DNA from: Candidatus Bathyarchaeia archaeon
Lineage (GTDB): Archaea > Thermoproteota > Bathyarchaeia > TCS64
NCBI GenBank assembly: GCA_050014495.1
Contig: JBEKDF010000042.1
Coordinates: 1-22,352 of the forward strand
DNA length: 22,352 nt
Direction: 5' to 3'
Shown one piece after another: positions 9,587-18,406 of the stretch (position 1 is its first letter; each line of letters opens with the position of its first letter). Position numbers and translations under genes: made by a program. The notes beneath the pieces are model-generated. The model was not told the origin of the DNA. It did not search any database and worked only from the letters and a program-made list of their open reading frames with translations.

Positions 9587-10231
9587 CTAATTAGTGTAGA
9601 ATGTGGCTTCGAGCATGGCACATAGCGTATGGTAGATAGGCAGATGCAGCTCTTGGGCACCATTAGAAGTGTCAGCAGGAGCCAAGACCACAGCTTCGCC
9701 AAGGGTCTTCAGGGTTCCGCCTGTTTGCCCGGTTAGGACTATAGTCTTTGAGCCCATTGCCTTCGCGACTTTTGCAGCATTCACAACACTTGGCGAATCG
9801 CCAGATGTGCTGATTGCGATGAGGATATCACCAGCGCTAAGATAGGCGTAGACTTGCTGGGCGAAGATCATGTCTGGGGAGACATCGTTAGCGATGGCTG
9901 TAATGAGGGAAGTCTGGCTGGCAAGGGAGATCGTGGGTAGAGCGCGTTGTAGGTGATCAGCGAGGTACTGATCGTCAGGGAAGGCCGAGATCAGTTTTCC
10001 ACGATCTTCCTCACCGATTGGCCTTCTCCTGAGGAACCCCTTCATCAACTCCCCGACGATGTGCTCAGAGTCCGCGGCACTACCACCGTTGCCGCATACA
10101 AGGACCTTCCCGCCAAAACTGAAACACTCTTCCAAAATATGATAAGCCTTCTCGATGTCATCTTTGATTGGTAACAGCTTAGGATAGTTGACAAATAGTT
10201 CTTCGAATATTACTTTTGTATCACTATTCAT
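9587..10231 (-). CDS. SIS-domain phosphosugar isomerase, GmhA-like
   Basis: CGNGGSAADSEHIVGEL, TAIAND, FAQQV, ISTSGDS and QELHL..YHTLC; overlaps the upstream ROK stop by 8 nt. Confidence 0.85.
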   Translation of the reverse strand: MNSDTKVIFEELFVNYPKLLPIKDDIEKAYHILEECFSFGGKVLVCGNGGSAADSEHIVGELMKGFLRRRPIGEEDRGKLISAFPDDQYLADHLQRALPTISLASQTSLITAIANDVSPDMIFAQQVYAYLSAGDILIAISTSGDSPSVVNAAKVAKAMGSKTIVLTGQTGGTLKTLGEAVVLAPADTSNGAQELHLPIYHTLCAMLEATFYTN

Positions 10232-11210
10232 CGTATTTCGCCTCCATGGCCACTGACAATGCAGCGTAGTCCTCTATCTTATCACCGAGGGAAGATGGGA
10301 CGATTCGGCAGGAGTTCAGGGAGTGACTCAAGCTTTCACGCTTTATGACCACCTCGGCAGCTGGCCAGAGTAAGTGTGTGCTCTTAGCGAAGATGCCTCC
10401 GATTACTATGATCTCAGGGTTAAGGACGTCAATTATCATGGAAATCCCCTTTCCAAGGTACTCCCCACTTTTCACATATATTTCCCGGGCAAGAGGGTCG
10501 CCCTCGTCGGCTGCTTCCGCTATTGATTTTGCTGTGATTAATGGGAGCTGCTCCATACCTGTGCAGAAACCGACCTTCTGGCCCATTTGGAATCTTTCGA
10601 GTACCATCATTCGGGCGAGCTGCGCTAAGCCTCCTCCGCTACAGAACCCCTCAAATGAGCCTGCTTTACCATAACCAACAGGGCCGTTGGTAGAGAGGCG
10701 TACGTGGCCAACCTCTCCCGCCATGTTGTTAGCTCCGCTATAGAGTTTGCCGCCAAGAATGAGGCCAGCGCCCATCCCTGTGCCAAATGTGAGGAAGACG
10801 ATGTCCCTACAACCTCTTGCTGCACCATATCTCCACTCAGCGATAGCGCAGGCGTTCGCGTCGTTTTGCAGACGAACCTCGATGCCAAACCTATCTTCTA
10901 TCCTCTTAACAATAGGCACATTATCCCAGCCAATGAGGTTTGGCGGAGACTTGATTATTCCTAGTCTACTGTCGAGAGGTCCACCGCAGATGACTCCAAC
11001 GGCATTTATTGAACCTATGAGTGTCGAGTGTTTGTCTAGGAGTTCCTCGATCAAAAACAGTATCTTATCTACTGTGTATTTTGAACCCTTCTCATGGTCG
11101 GTGGGGAATGTGATCTTATCTATTATTGTGATGGTTTCTTCCCCCATTCTTTGCCCAAGAACGATGGCTGACTTAGTCCCACCAATATTGACTCCTAAGA
11201 GGCTCGACAT
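10224..11210 (-). CDS. ROK-family protein, Cys-less subfamily
   Basis: GVNIGGTK, QNDANACA, FGTGMGAG and GEVGH...GPVGYGKAGSFEGFCSG. Confidence 0.85.
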   Translation of the reverse strand: MSSLLGVNIGGTKSAIVLGQRMGEETITIIDKITFPTDHEKGSKYTVDKILFLIEELLDKHSTLIGSINAVGVICGGPLDSRLGIIKSPPNLIGWDNVPIVKRIEDRFGIEVRLQNDANACAIAEWRYGAARGCRDIVFLTFGTGMGAGLILGGKLYSGANNMAGEVGHVRLSTNGPVGYGKAGSFEGFCSGGGLAQLARMMVLERFQMGQKVGFCTGMEQLPLITAKSIAEAADEGDPLAREIYVKSGEYLGKGISMIIDVLNPEIIVIGGIFAKSTHLLWPAAEVVIKRESLSHSLNSCRIVPSSLGDKIEDYAALSVAMEAKYDE

Positions 11211-11310
11211 TGCGTTCCTTTATACTATTCATCATTATGCTTTTCCCATTTCTCCTAAAGAATCAATAAGATATGTCATGTAACAGGGAAAAAGGTAGAA
11301 GTAGAAGATA

Positions 11311-12444
11311 CTACGCTTTCCCGACGTTGTGCTTCTCATAGAGTTTTTTCAGTTTCGCATCTAGCTCCTTGGCGCGCTCCTCATGTTCAAGCGGCTTTAT
11401 CTCGGGGCAGTCATAACCCACGACCTCCCGCATCAGTTTGACATTTTCGTTGACGAAGACGACTGTGCCATCTTCCTTGACCCTCTCGATGCCATCTATC
11501 TTTGCGCCGTCCTCATTAATTTTCACAGCATCTTTGAGGGTTATGCCAGGGAGGGCCACCTTCGCACCGGATGCATCGAGGAAGCATGGATAGCCACCGG
11601 GGAGCCCGTTGGGTGCGGGGAGGCATTGGATGATCTCGCCAGTGTTATAGTATATGGCTAGTGTGATCTTTAGGAAGCTGCTGGCAGTCTTCATCTGGTC
11701 GACTAGAGGACCTGAAAAGCTGGGCATGTTGGCATAGCCATATTTATCGTATAGCTTGGCGATAGACTTGACGGGGTACTTATCGCTCACGTCTTGCCCC
11801 GCTGCGATTATCTTATACCAGCTTGGGCCATCCATCTTCGCTGTGTAAAAGGTGCCATGATGACCGACAGCAAGGACCTGAACGTCCCTAACAGGTACCT
11901 TCATTTCCGCTGCCACAATCTTGCGGAGTCTACTAGCGCCTAGGTCCATATTCCCTCCACCGCAGACCGGTGGCAGGCTAAGCTTCCCAAGAATCACATT
12001 GGTAAGGTCGGGGTAAGCCCCATTCACAACCTTCGTCTCGATGCCGCTTTTCTTCACAGCGTGCATCAGCTTATGAGTTAAGGTGAAGTGAAAAGGTATC
12101 CATGGACCTATAGGACTAATCTTCTTATAGACCTCACTAGGGAGGAGGCGAGTCACCCACCATGCACCCAAGCTTGCTAGGCTACAGATTACAGTTGGAC
12201 GCTCCTCCTTGAGTAGTTCTGCTGTCTGGTCTATGTCGAAGAGATTGATCTTGTGGAAGCTGAGCTCTGGGTAGAGCCCGAAGTTGTGGGCTACATGTAG
12301 GCACTCGTCCACTTCATACTTTCCTTTAGCCTCGTTGTAGTCTGCACCGACCACACTAATCTTGTCAGTCATGCTCGCAATCTGGTACATCATGTCATGG
12401 GCGACGCTGCCCGCTGAGCCGATAAGGAGAATCTTACCCACCAT
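11311..12444 (-). CDS. Uncharacterised NAD(P)-binding oxidoreductase, LDH/MDH-like fold
   Basis: N-terminal Rossmann-like ILLIGSAGSVA; VNGAYPDLTN (cf. LDH/MDH NPxD); VGHHG (cf. GEHG); PNGLPGGYP. Confidence 0.6.
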   Translation of the reverse strand: MVGKILLIGSAGSVAHDMMYQIASMTDKISVVGADYNEAKGKYEVDECLHVAHNFGLYPELSFHKINLFDIDQTAELLKEERPTVICSLASLGAWWVTRLLPSEVYKKISPIGPWIPFHFTLTHKLMHAVKKSGIETKVVNGAYPDLTNVILGKLSLPPVCGGGNMDLGASRLRKIVAAEMKVPVRDVQVLAVGHHGTFYTAKMDGPSWYKIIAAGQDVSDKYPVKSIAKLYDKYGYANMPSFSGPLVDQMKTASSFLKITLAIYYNTGEIIQCLPAPNGLPGGYPCFLDASGAKVALPGITLKDAVKINEDGAKIDGIERVKEDGTVVFVNENVKLMREVVGYDCPEIKPLEHEERAKELDAKLKKLYEKHNVGKA

Positions 12445-12689
12445 TAAGGTCAGGGTAAGTGTTTAGGGGTTTGTGTATAAACGATTTAGGGGGGTACGAT
12501 TACGCGCGCGCAGACGAATTCGTCTCAAATGGAGGTTATCAGTATAGATCGTTTCTAATTGGAAAAGATATATGTACAGAGTTGTGTCTCACGAGCACTG
12601 ACACTTCGAGTGGTGTAGGGAGATAGATGGGTATATGTTAAATCACTAAAGATATCATCGAGAGTACGATTAATCGTTGGATTGCCTAT

Positions 12690-13316
12690 ATGCACATTGA
12701 CACACTGGATGAGGAACGTCTCCTAAAGGCTGTTGAGATATTAGCTGAAAGAGACTTGGACCTCGCTGCCATCGTGTGGCGCTACGGCGCTCCACCTATG
12801 TGGTCAAGGCCACCAGGATTTTCAACCCTCATCAGGATAATTCTCGAGCAGCAAGTCTCACTCTCATCGGCTCGCGCTGCCTATAACCGCCTTGAGGAGG
12901 TGACGGGCGAGATCACACCCACTAGTTTCTTAAAACTCAACGACGCTGACCTAAAGGCTGTTGGTTTCAGCCGTCAGAAGACGCATTATGGGCGTCTACT
13001 AGCTGAGGCGTTGCTCAGTGGCTCCTTCGATCTTAGGGGGCTTAATGACCTCCCCGATGAGGATGCGCGTGCACTGCTCATGAAGCTGAAGGGTATTGGT
13101 CGGTGGAGCGCCGACATATATCTGCTTATGGCACTTTTGCGTCCTGACATTTGGCCCCATAACGACCTCGCCCTAATTGAGGCAGTGACGAGGATCAAAG
13201 GGTTGGACAAACTGCCAACACGCGCCGAATGGAATGAGATCGGAGAGATGTGGCGCCCATGGAGGAGCGTCGCTGCACGTATAATGTGGTTAGACTACCT
13301 CGGTGGCAAAACTTGA
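12690..13316 (+). CDS. alkA: DNA-3-methyladenine glycosylase II (HhH-GPD family)
   Basis: IILEQQVS, GFSRQK, LKGIGRWSA helix-hairpin-helix, P..D and WRPWRS. Confidence 0.9.
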   Translation: MHIDTLDEERLLKAVEILAERDLDLAAIVWRYGAPPMWSRPPGFSTLIRIILEQQVSLSSARAAYNRLEEVTGEITPTSFLKLNDADLKAVGFSRQKTHYGRLLAEALLSGSFDLRGLNDLPDEDARALLMKLKGIGRWSADIYLLMALLRPDIWPHNDLALIEAVTRIKGLDKLPTRAEWNEIGEMWRPWRSVAARIMWLDYLGGKT

Positions 13317-13820
13317 TCACTTGATACGTTCGTTTTGGTAGACGCCACTGTAACCCTTTTCCACTTCGTCGGTTGAGTAGAAGACGAGTTGGGCTACTCT
13401 GGCGTCTTGTTTCAGCCTGATTCCATGGGGGTTATGGACGACGAGTAGGCTACTACTCCTCCCTTGATAACCAGGGTCCCATACTGCGGTTTCTATCGCC
13501 GCTGCGTTTCTTAGGATAGTGCTCCTGCTTCGAGCGAGGGCAACGATGTTCAGCGGCATTTTAACAGCCTCGTTGTAGACAATCATATAGCAGCCTTGGG
13601 GTAAAGTATACCATCCATCTGCATTAGGATTGAGCTTCATCGTTGAGGCTAACTTTCGCTCCCTATTATCAAAGTCAATGGCACCAGCCCCCCAGTAAGC
13701 GTGGACCTCCTTGAGACTCAGGTCGAAGCCCGCTGGTTGAAGTTGTTTCTCGAGGTCAACATAGTGTGTGATGAGCTGCTGTGTCTCAATGAGTTTCTTG
13801 ATTGCCTTGGAGTTAAGCAC
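13317..13820 (-). CDS. dut: Archaeal trimeric dUTPase (dCTP deaminase/dUTPase family)
   Basis: QLQPAGFDL, RSTILR, AVWDPGYQG, RVAQLVF and YSGVYQ; its stop abuts the alkA stop. Confidence 0.8.
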   Translation of the reverse strand: MLNSKAIKKLIETQQLITHYVDLEKQLQPAGFDLSLKEVHAYWGAGAIDFDNRERKLASTMKLNPNADGWYTLPQGCYMIVYNEAVKMPLNIVALARSRSTILRNAAAIETAVWDPGYQGRSSSLLVVHNPHGIRLKQDARVAQLVFYSTDEVEKGYSGVYQNERIK

Positions 13821-14019
13821 ATATTCTGGCTGTCAGTTCGGCAGTAAAATTGTTGCGCTCCTCAGGATTGCTTCACCCGGTGGTATGCCCCTCTCAGTAA
13901 AGCGATCTGCCCAGCGCGCGCAGACCATTTAAAACCAATATCTAAACAACCTAGCGTGCATCATTTGTTCGAAGCCGGTTTCGAATCAATCCCTCTTCTG
14001 TTCTAATGATTAGTCGTAT

Positions 14020-14660
14020 ATGGGCAATAGGCGCTCCATTATTTCGATGACAAGGCTCAAGGCCCTAATATTAGCAACTACTCTCATTCTTCTATCAGTA
14101 GCCCTCTTCGCTGGTCTAGACTCAATGTCCAATAAGGTAAACACTGAGAACACATACAACACATTAACGACCTCAGTCTCCGACACAAGCCTCGGATACA
14201 ACTAAAACCACACCATTCAACTCACCCTAAACACAACAATCACAAACCATGGACCACTCAGCATATCCTTCAGGAAACTCAACTCAACAATCCGACTAGC
14301 TGACAAGCCAGTCCTCGTAGCAAGTCTCGGTGAAGTAACTCTGAGAGCTGGAGAATCACTATCCCTCAACGGCACAGAGAGCGTGCTGAACGTCCCAGAT
14401 CAGGACGAGTCACTCTACAGGGCACTGAAGGCGAGAAACCTCCGCATAGAAGTTGACTTCAGCGGGATTGCAGATGTGGGTGAGGCGACCCGTATAATTA
14501 CTGTCCGTGGGAATGCGACGACTGGCTTCCTACACGGACCGGGTGAAGGCATACTGGAACCGGCTGACTTCCCCATCAAAGGAAGCCTTAACTCGCGAGA
14601 CGTTCCTCGGGCCAGCCAAACCTACGTGAGCCTAGCTGGGACTCTGGGTTCGACGCGCGC
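14020..14660 (+). pseudogene. Interrupted membrane-anchored beta-sandwich (LEA_2/WHy-like) gene
   Basis: ORFs 14020-14205 and 14383-14748 share a frame. After TAA at 14203-14205 the frame stays open and protein-like (NHTIQLTLNTTITNHGPLSISFRKLNSTIRLADKPVLVASLGEVTLRAGES). The 3' boundary is uncertain. Confidence 0.65.
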
Positions 14661-14661
14661 G

Positions 14662-14908
14662 CGGTCTAATGTACCAAGTCGAGAAGATGGTGAATGGCTC
14701 ATGGGCGCCTGTCGAGGATCACACTATATGGGCGATGGTGGCGATTAGTATGTTTGCGGGGTCTGAGTGGAGTCAGAGCGTGTACACAACGGGTCTTGAC
14801 TCGGGGCTCTACCGGGTCTCGAAGGAGATCGAGTACGATGGCCAGAGGCAGGTGTTCTACGCCGAGTTTACTGTAGTCAGGTCTCTGATGTTAGCCAATG
14901 GGCAGGCG
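14662..14908 (+). repeat. Inverted repeat copy A (pairs with 21329-21575)
   Basis: Ungapped 247-bp manual alignment, about 80% identity; core 14795-14862 matches 67/68. Confidence 0.9.
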
Positions 14909-15037
14909 ACTAGTTTTGAACCTGAAACTTCCCCTTTAGACCCAACGGAGATCGTGGCGATCCCATCAAAGGTCAATATTGTTCCACCCTTCAACTACTA
15001 TACTAGAAACCAAACTGAGGCACTTCTCTTCAAATAA
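14662..15037 (+). pseudogene. 5'-truncated Ig-like (Big_14-type) domain fragment
   Basis: GLMYQVEKMVNGSW...GLDSGLYRVSKEIEYDGQRQVFYAEFTV is paralogous to 20966-21829 but lacks the first strands; it starts right at a (CG)5 tract. Confidence 0.7.
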
Positions 15038-15098
15038 ATGGTGATATCCACTTTACATCCTTCTTCATTAAAACTAAATTGCTGCGCGCGCGACGCAG

Positions 15099-15743
15099 TT
15101 AAGAAGCGGGGCTTGTGAACACCGCCTCATAGTAGAAGCCGGTGTTGGTGGTAACCCTAATCACATAAGATGTTGAGGACGTCCAAGCGTAACCTACTGG
15201 ACCCACCAACGTGTGACCCCCATAAGGAATCGTCCTACTGATAACCGACGAAGAGAGCACCGTCACCGCTGAACCAGCCTGATTTACCCTGATGGAGACT
15301 GACGCAAGCACGGCGTCAACGCTCCCCGTGTTCCTCACATCCAATGTAAACGACGAGCTGTCCCAGGTAACGGAGTCGATCCTGACCTGGGTCTGAGTCT
15401 GACCGCCGATCGCCTGGATCAGTTCCTGCAGCCTCGTGACGTTTGCCTTGAGCTGCTGAAGAATGCCCTCCTGGCTCTGGATGAGTGTGCTCTGTTCCTG
15501 AAGCTGCGTGGCCTGAGCCTGTAGCTGCGCATTTTTAGCCTGGATCTCCGTGTCCTCCGCCTGTAGCTGCGTATCTTTGGCCTGGATGAGTGCGTCCTTC
15601 GCCGTTATCTCCGCGTCTTGGCTCTGGGTTCTGAGCTGATAGGCTGCGACCTCGTTTTGGAGAGTCGTTGAGGCGATTAGGTAGCCGCCGACTAGTCCTC
15701 CGATTAGGCAGATGGCTGCAATGAGGATGATTTTCGAGTCCAT
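15099..15743 (-). CDS. Membrane-anchored coiled-coil protein with C-terminal pilin-head-like beta domain
   Basis: N-terminal TM; heptads (ITAKDAL/IQAKDTQ/LQAEDTE/IQAKNAQ/LQAQATQ); C-terminal LDVRNTGSVDAVL...WTSSTSYVIRVTTNTG. Confidence 0.75.
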   Translation of the reverse strand: MDSKIILIAAICLIGGLVGGYLIASTTLQNEVAAYQLRTQSQDAEITAKDALIQAKDTQLQAEDTEIQAKNAQLQAQATQLQEQSTLIQSQEGILQQLKANVTRLQELIQAIGGQTQTQVRIDSVTWDSSSFTLDVRNTGSVDAVLASVSIRVNQAGSAVTVLSSSVISRTIPYGGHTLVGPVGYAWTSSTSYVIRVTTNTGFYYEAVFTSPAS

Positions 15744-15934
15744 GGAACTAGGTTGTGGGAGGGGAGTTAAGTTTTATGACGAATTTTTGTATCTCACTGG
15801 CGAGTTGTAGTTGAGGCAGTGCGTGCGCGCAAAGGTTTGTGAAAACGCCTTGATTGATATAATAGAACGAATAGAAGCTCCAAAAAGCGATGTATCCAAA
15901 GGAAATAGGTTTACTAAGTGTGAAAGAAAAGATG

Positions 15935-15959
15935 TGGCGGGCCCGGTGGGATTTGAACC
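15935..15959 (-). tRNA. Orphan tRNA 3' fragment (Lys- or Arg-like), probable att site; not a complete tRNA
   Basis: Minus strand reads GGTTCAAATCCCACCGGGCCCGCCA (T-loop, T-stem, acceptor 3' strand, G73, CCA), followed by CATCTTTTCTTTC. No 5' half, D arm or anticodon arm is adjacent. Confidence 0.8.
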
Positions 15960-16086
15960 AAAATGGGTTCAGGTCCCAATGTTAGAGAAAAGAGTTCAGG
16001 TTAAGGAAACTTATAGATAAAATTCTACTTAAGATGATACATGGGAACACGTATATTTTCAGAGAGATACCAATCCGTAGAGGAAG

Positions 16087-16404
16087 TTGAATCTAAAATT
16101 CACCTTGTTAGTCACAATATGGACCTGCTTGATGATCCTGTTTGGCTTTAACGCCTTTATCGTAGCAGGGTACATATCAGCCCCGCCTATACTCGTTATC
16201 TTCTATGTCTTCCTCTTCGTCGGCTTCTACACTTTCTGCGTCCTCCTCATGTATAAGCGGCTGGTTGAGAAGGTGAAAACCCGTTACCCCCTCGCTTACC
16301 CTGGTGAACCTGATGAGTATCTTCCCGGTTTCAGCATACCGCGACCCATAATCGAGGACGTTCGTGAGCATCCAGAGTACTTCGAGAAGAAAGATGAAAA
16401 GTGA
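16087..16404 (+). CDS. Hypothetical small membrane protein (2 TM)
   Basis: Two hydrophobic segments and a charged, Pro-rich tail; GAGGA Shine-Dalgarno before the TTG start. Confidence 0.6.
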   Translation: MNLKFTLLVTIWTCLMILFGFNAFIVAGYISAPPILVIFYVFLFVGFYTFCVLLMYKRLVEKVKTRYPLAYPGEPDEYLPGFSIPRPIIEDVREHPEYFEKKDEK

Positions 16405-16585
16405 AGTGCTTTCATGGCAACGACCAGACCAGCCTGGGCCTTGTGGCTTAACGGAGCGAGTATATACTGTGTACGTGGTGAAGGTGCCAACAATAAAATC
16501 AAACACCTTTTCCACAGTTTCAACTGAACAAGCGCCTCTGTTCTAATCAGTGGTATTAAACCAGACCAAGGAACGAAGTTACTCA

Positions 16586-17374
16586 ATGTTCAGCCCCAGT
16601 CAAGCGACAGCCACCATCGCCGCATTAATCATCACATTGGCCTGCTTCACAACAATCTCATACCCAACACTAACTCAAACACCCAGCATTACGATCGAAT
16701 ACCCTCTCACTTACAGCCTAACGACCGACCACGAAACCTATCACGCCCCAGACATGATCGACGCGTACTTCACCGTCACAAACAGAAACCCTTACCCGAT
16801 GAACTTCACAGGCTTCGGAGAGGTCACATGGTCCTCCAGATACGTGGGCGAAGCTTGGACGACCTACACCTTCGAGGGCGACTGGGCCTTCTCACCAATA
16901 ATCCCAGCGAACACCACGGTTACTCTGACATCGTGGAGCTTCTCAGCCGCTAAAGCTGGTGACTTTGAGATGATGTTCACAGCATCACATATGCACGCTT
17001 ACGACGTTGACAAGATAGTGAAAGTGGTTGATAGAGTGTTTCACGTTGATAACCTCGACCTCTGGAACGGCACTCCGGATGTGAAGGCTGCGCCGCTTGA
17101 GAAGAACCTATTTGGCCCCATTTATCACTGGCCCGCGTCTCAGGATCTCATCACGGTCTGGTCGGAGGAGGTGGACAGGGCTGAGGGTGAGCTCGCTGCG
17201 AGGGGTGTGGATGTGTGGAATCTCGGTGTGTCGAGGAACGGGACATTAGTGGTTGGTATGAGGAAGGTTGATGAGAGGAATGTTGGTATCCTGTTGGAGG
17301 TTCTCTTCGATAAGGTCCCTCCTGGTATTTTGGTCATTAGGGAGACTGGGCCCCCTGTGGGGATCCCGACTTAG
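16586..17374 (+). CDS. Hypothetical secreted or membrane-anchored protein with Ig-like N-terminal domain
   Basis: Likely ATG at 16586 (track starts at GTG 16550); hydrophobic N-terminus; LTTDHETY...FTVTNRNPYPMNF Ig-like pattern. Confidence 0.65.
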   Translation: MFSPSQATATIAALIITLACFTTISYPTLTQTPSITIEYPLTYSLTTDHETYHAPDMIDAYFTVTNRNPYPMNFTGFGEVTWSSRYVGEAWTTYTFEGDWAFSPIIPANTTVTLTSWSFSAAKAGDFEMMFTASHMHAYDVDKIVKVVDRVFHVDNLDLWNGTPDVKAAPLEKNLFGPIYHWPASQDLITVWSEEVDRAEGELAARGVDVWNLGVSRNGTLVVGMRKVDERNVGILLEVLFDKVPPGILVIRETGPPVGIPT

Positions 17375-17403
17375 CGAACATAAGTACCGCCTCATCACGT
17401 CTC

Positions 17404-18402
17404 CTAGAGTCTGGTCCTCACCTCCTTACCCTTAGTTATGATGGCAAGCTGAGGTGGGTAAACCGAGACTAGAACAATGGCCAAATCACCTATGATACCC
17501 ATCACGGTGAGTAACAGACCGTACCCTTCATTCATATTAACACTCGAGAAGGATATGAAACGATAAAATACACCGAATAAGCCATAGAGGAGAAAAAACC
17601 CCCTGAGATACAGTGGAGCCGAAACTTCAACCTGATCTGCTTGACGAAGCCTTAGGTAGATGTCTAATAGGAATATCGCGAAGACTAAGTTCATGCTCGT
17701 CTCGAATATGATCACCGCTTGCTCGTACCAGACCCTTGTAAAAATGGTCTGTAATGATGCGTCCATACTGGGCTGAATTAGGGAGGTCCAGAGCCATTCG
17801 AATCCTAACCACAGGTAGTTGGCCGCGAAGAGTAGGAACATCCACTTCGATAGTATGTTTTTATTTGTTATTACGCGCTTGGCGAGGTATCCGCATAGAA
17901 CAAGTAGTATGAGGATGTAGCTGTCAGCAATGATCGCGGAAATCATGTTTGGTGGCCAGCTAACCCAGAGGACGAGTCGAGTCCAACTCAATCCACCCTG
18001 AAGCCAAAACACGAGGTCAACCAGTGGGAGGGCGACTCTGCCAATCGCACCAATTATCACCGTCACAATTAGCTCTAACCCATGCCGCTTCACGACTCTG
18101 CCGGTGATGAGATAGTCAGTGATGAGGATGACGAGAGATAATCCGAAGGGGAAGACCATGACCGTTTGGAAGAAGGAACGCGCAATGTTCGGGTCTCCCA
18201 ACAGATCAAGTCGTCCCGGGATGTTTTGTGTAAGGTAGATGAATCCCTGAAACAGTGATCCGAAGCTCCAGACGAGCAGCATCGTTACGAATCCTATTTT
18301 GCCGCTTGTCTGGAGTCTGACGATGGGGATGAGGCTTGTTAATGGTAAGAAGAGCCTGGGACACCAACCGAGGTATTTATTGGCCAGGGCTCTGAAGGTC
18401 AT
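17404..18402 (-). CDS. Polytopic membrane protein with N-terminal GWCP motif (DUF1673-like), paralog 2
   Basis: Start reassigned to ATG 18402 (MTFRALANKYLGWCPR), 4 nt after the previous stop and matching the paralog's N-terminus; many hydrophobic helices. Confidence 0.75.
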   Translation of the reverse strand: MTFRALANKYLGWCPRLFLPLTSLIPIVRLQTSGKIGFVTMLLVWSFGSLFQGFIYLTQNIPGRLDLLGDPNIARSFFQTVMVFPFGLSLVILITDYLITGRVVKRHGLELIVTVIIGAIGRVALPLVDLVFWLQGGLSWTRLVLWVSWPPNMISAIIADSYILILLVLCGYLAKRVITNKNILSKWMFLLFAANYLWLGFEWLWTSLIQPSMDASLQTIFTRVWYEQAVIIFETSMNLVFAIFLLDIYLRLRQADQVEVSAPLYLRGFFLLYGLFGVFYRFISFSSVNMNEGYGLLLTVMGIIGDLAIVLVSVYPPQLAIITKGKEVRTRL

Positions 18403-18406
18403 GGTC

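Larger units (their letters stand above)
12503..15831. repeat. Five dispersed (CG)n/(GC)n tracts, consensus approximately CGCGCGCGCAG
   Basis: 12503 CGCGCGCGCAGAC; 13914 GCGCGCGCAGAC; 14654 CGCGCGCGCG; 15082 CTGCGCGCGCG (reverse complement CGCGCGCGCAG); 15819 GTGCGTGCGCGCA. Confidence 0.7.

Noticed and set aside
233..13210. Many short overlapping or antisense ORFs in the track (e.g. 334-582, 1678-2070, 5427-6113, 10747-11283)
   Set aside because: They are shadows of well-supported genes and carry no motifs.
14203..14205. Recoded stop (Sec or Pyl readthrough)
   Set aside because: The in-frame stop is TAA, not TGA or TAG; a nonsense mutation or sequencing error is simpler.
14516..14629. Alternative frame ...VKAYWNRL resembling the PorB C-terminus, and antisense PSPG resembling the missing PadR 5' half
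   Set aside because: Both matches are only a few residues long with no flanking similarity.
15900..16030. Complete tRNA gene, or the 69-aa ORF 15811-16020
   Set aside because: Only the 3' 25 nt are tRNA-like. The ORF merely reads across the fragment (AGPVGFEP is the typical antisense-tRNA translation).
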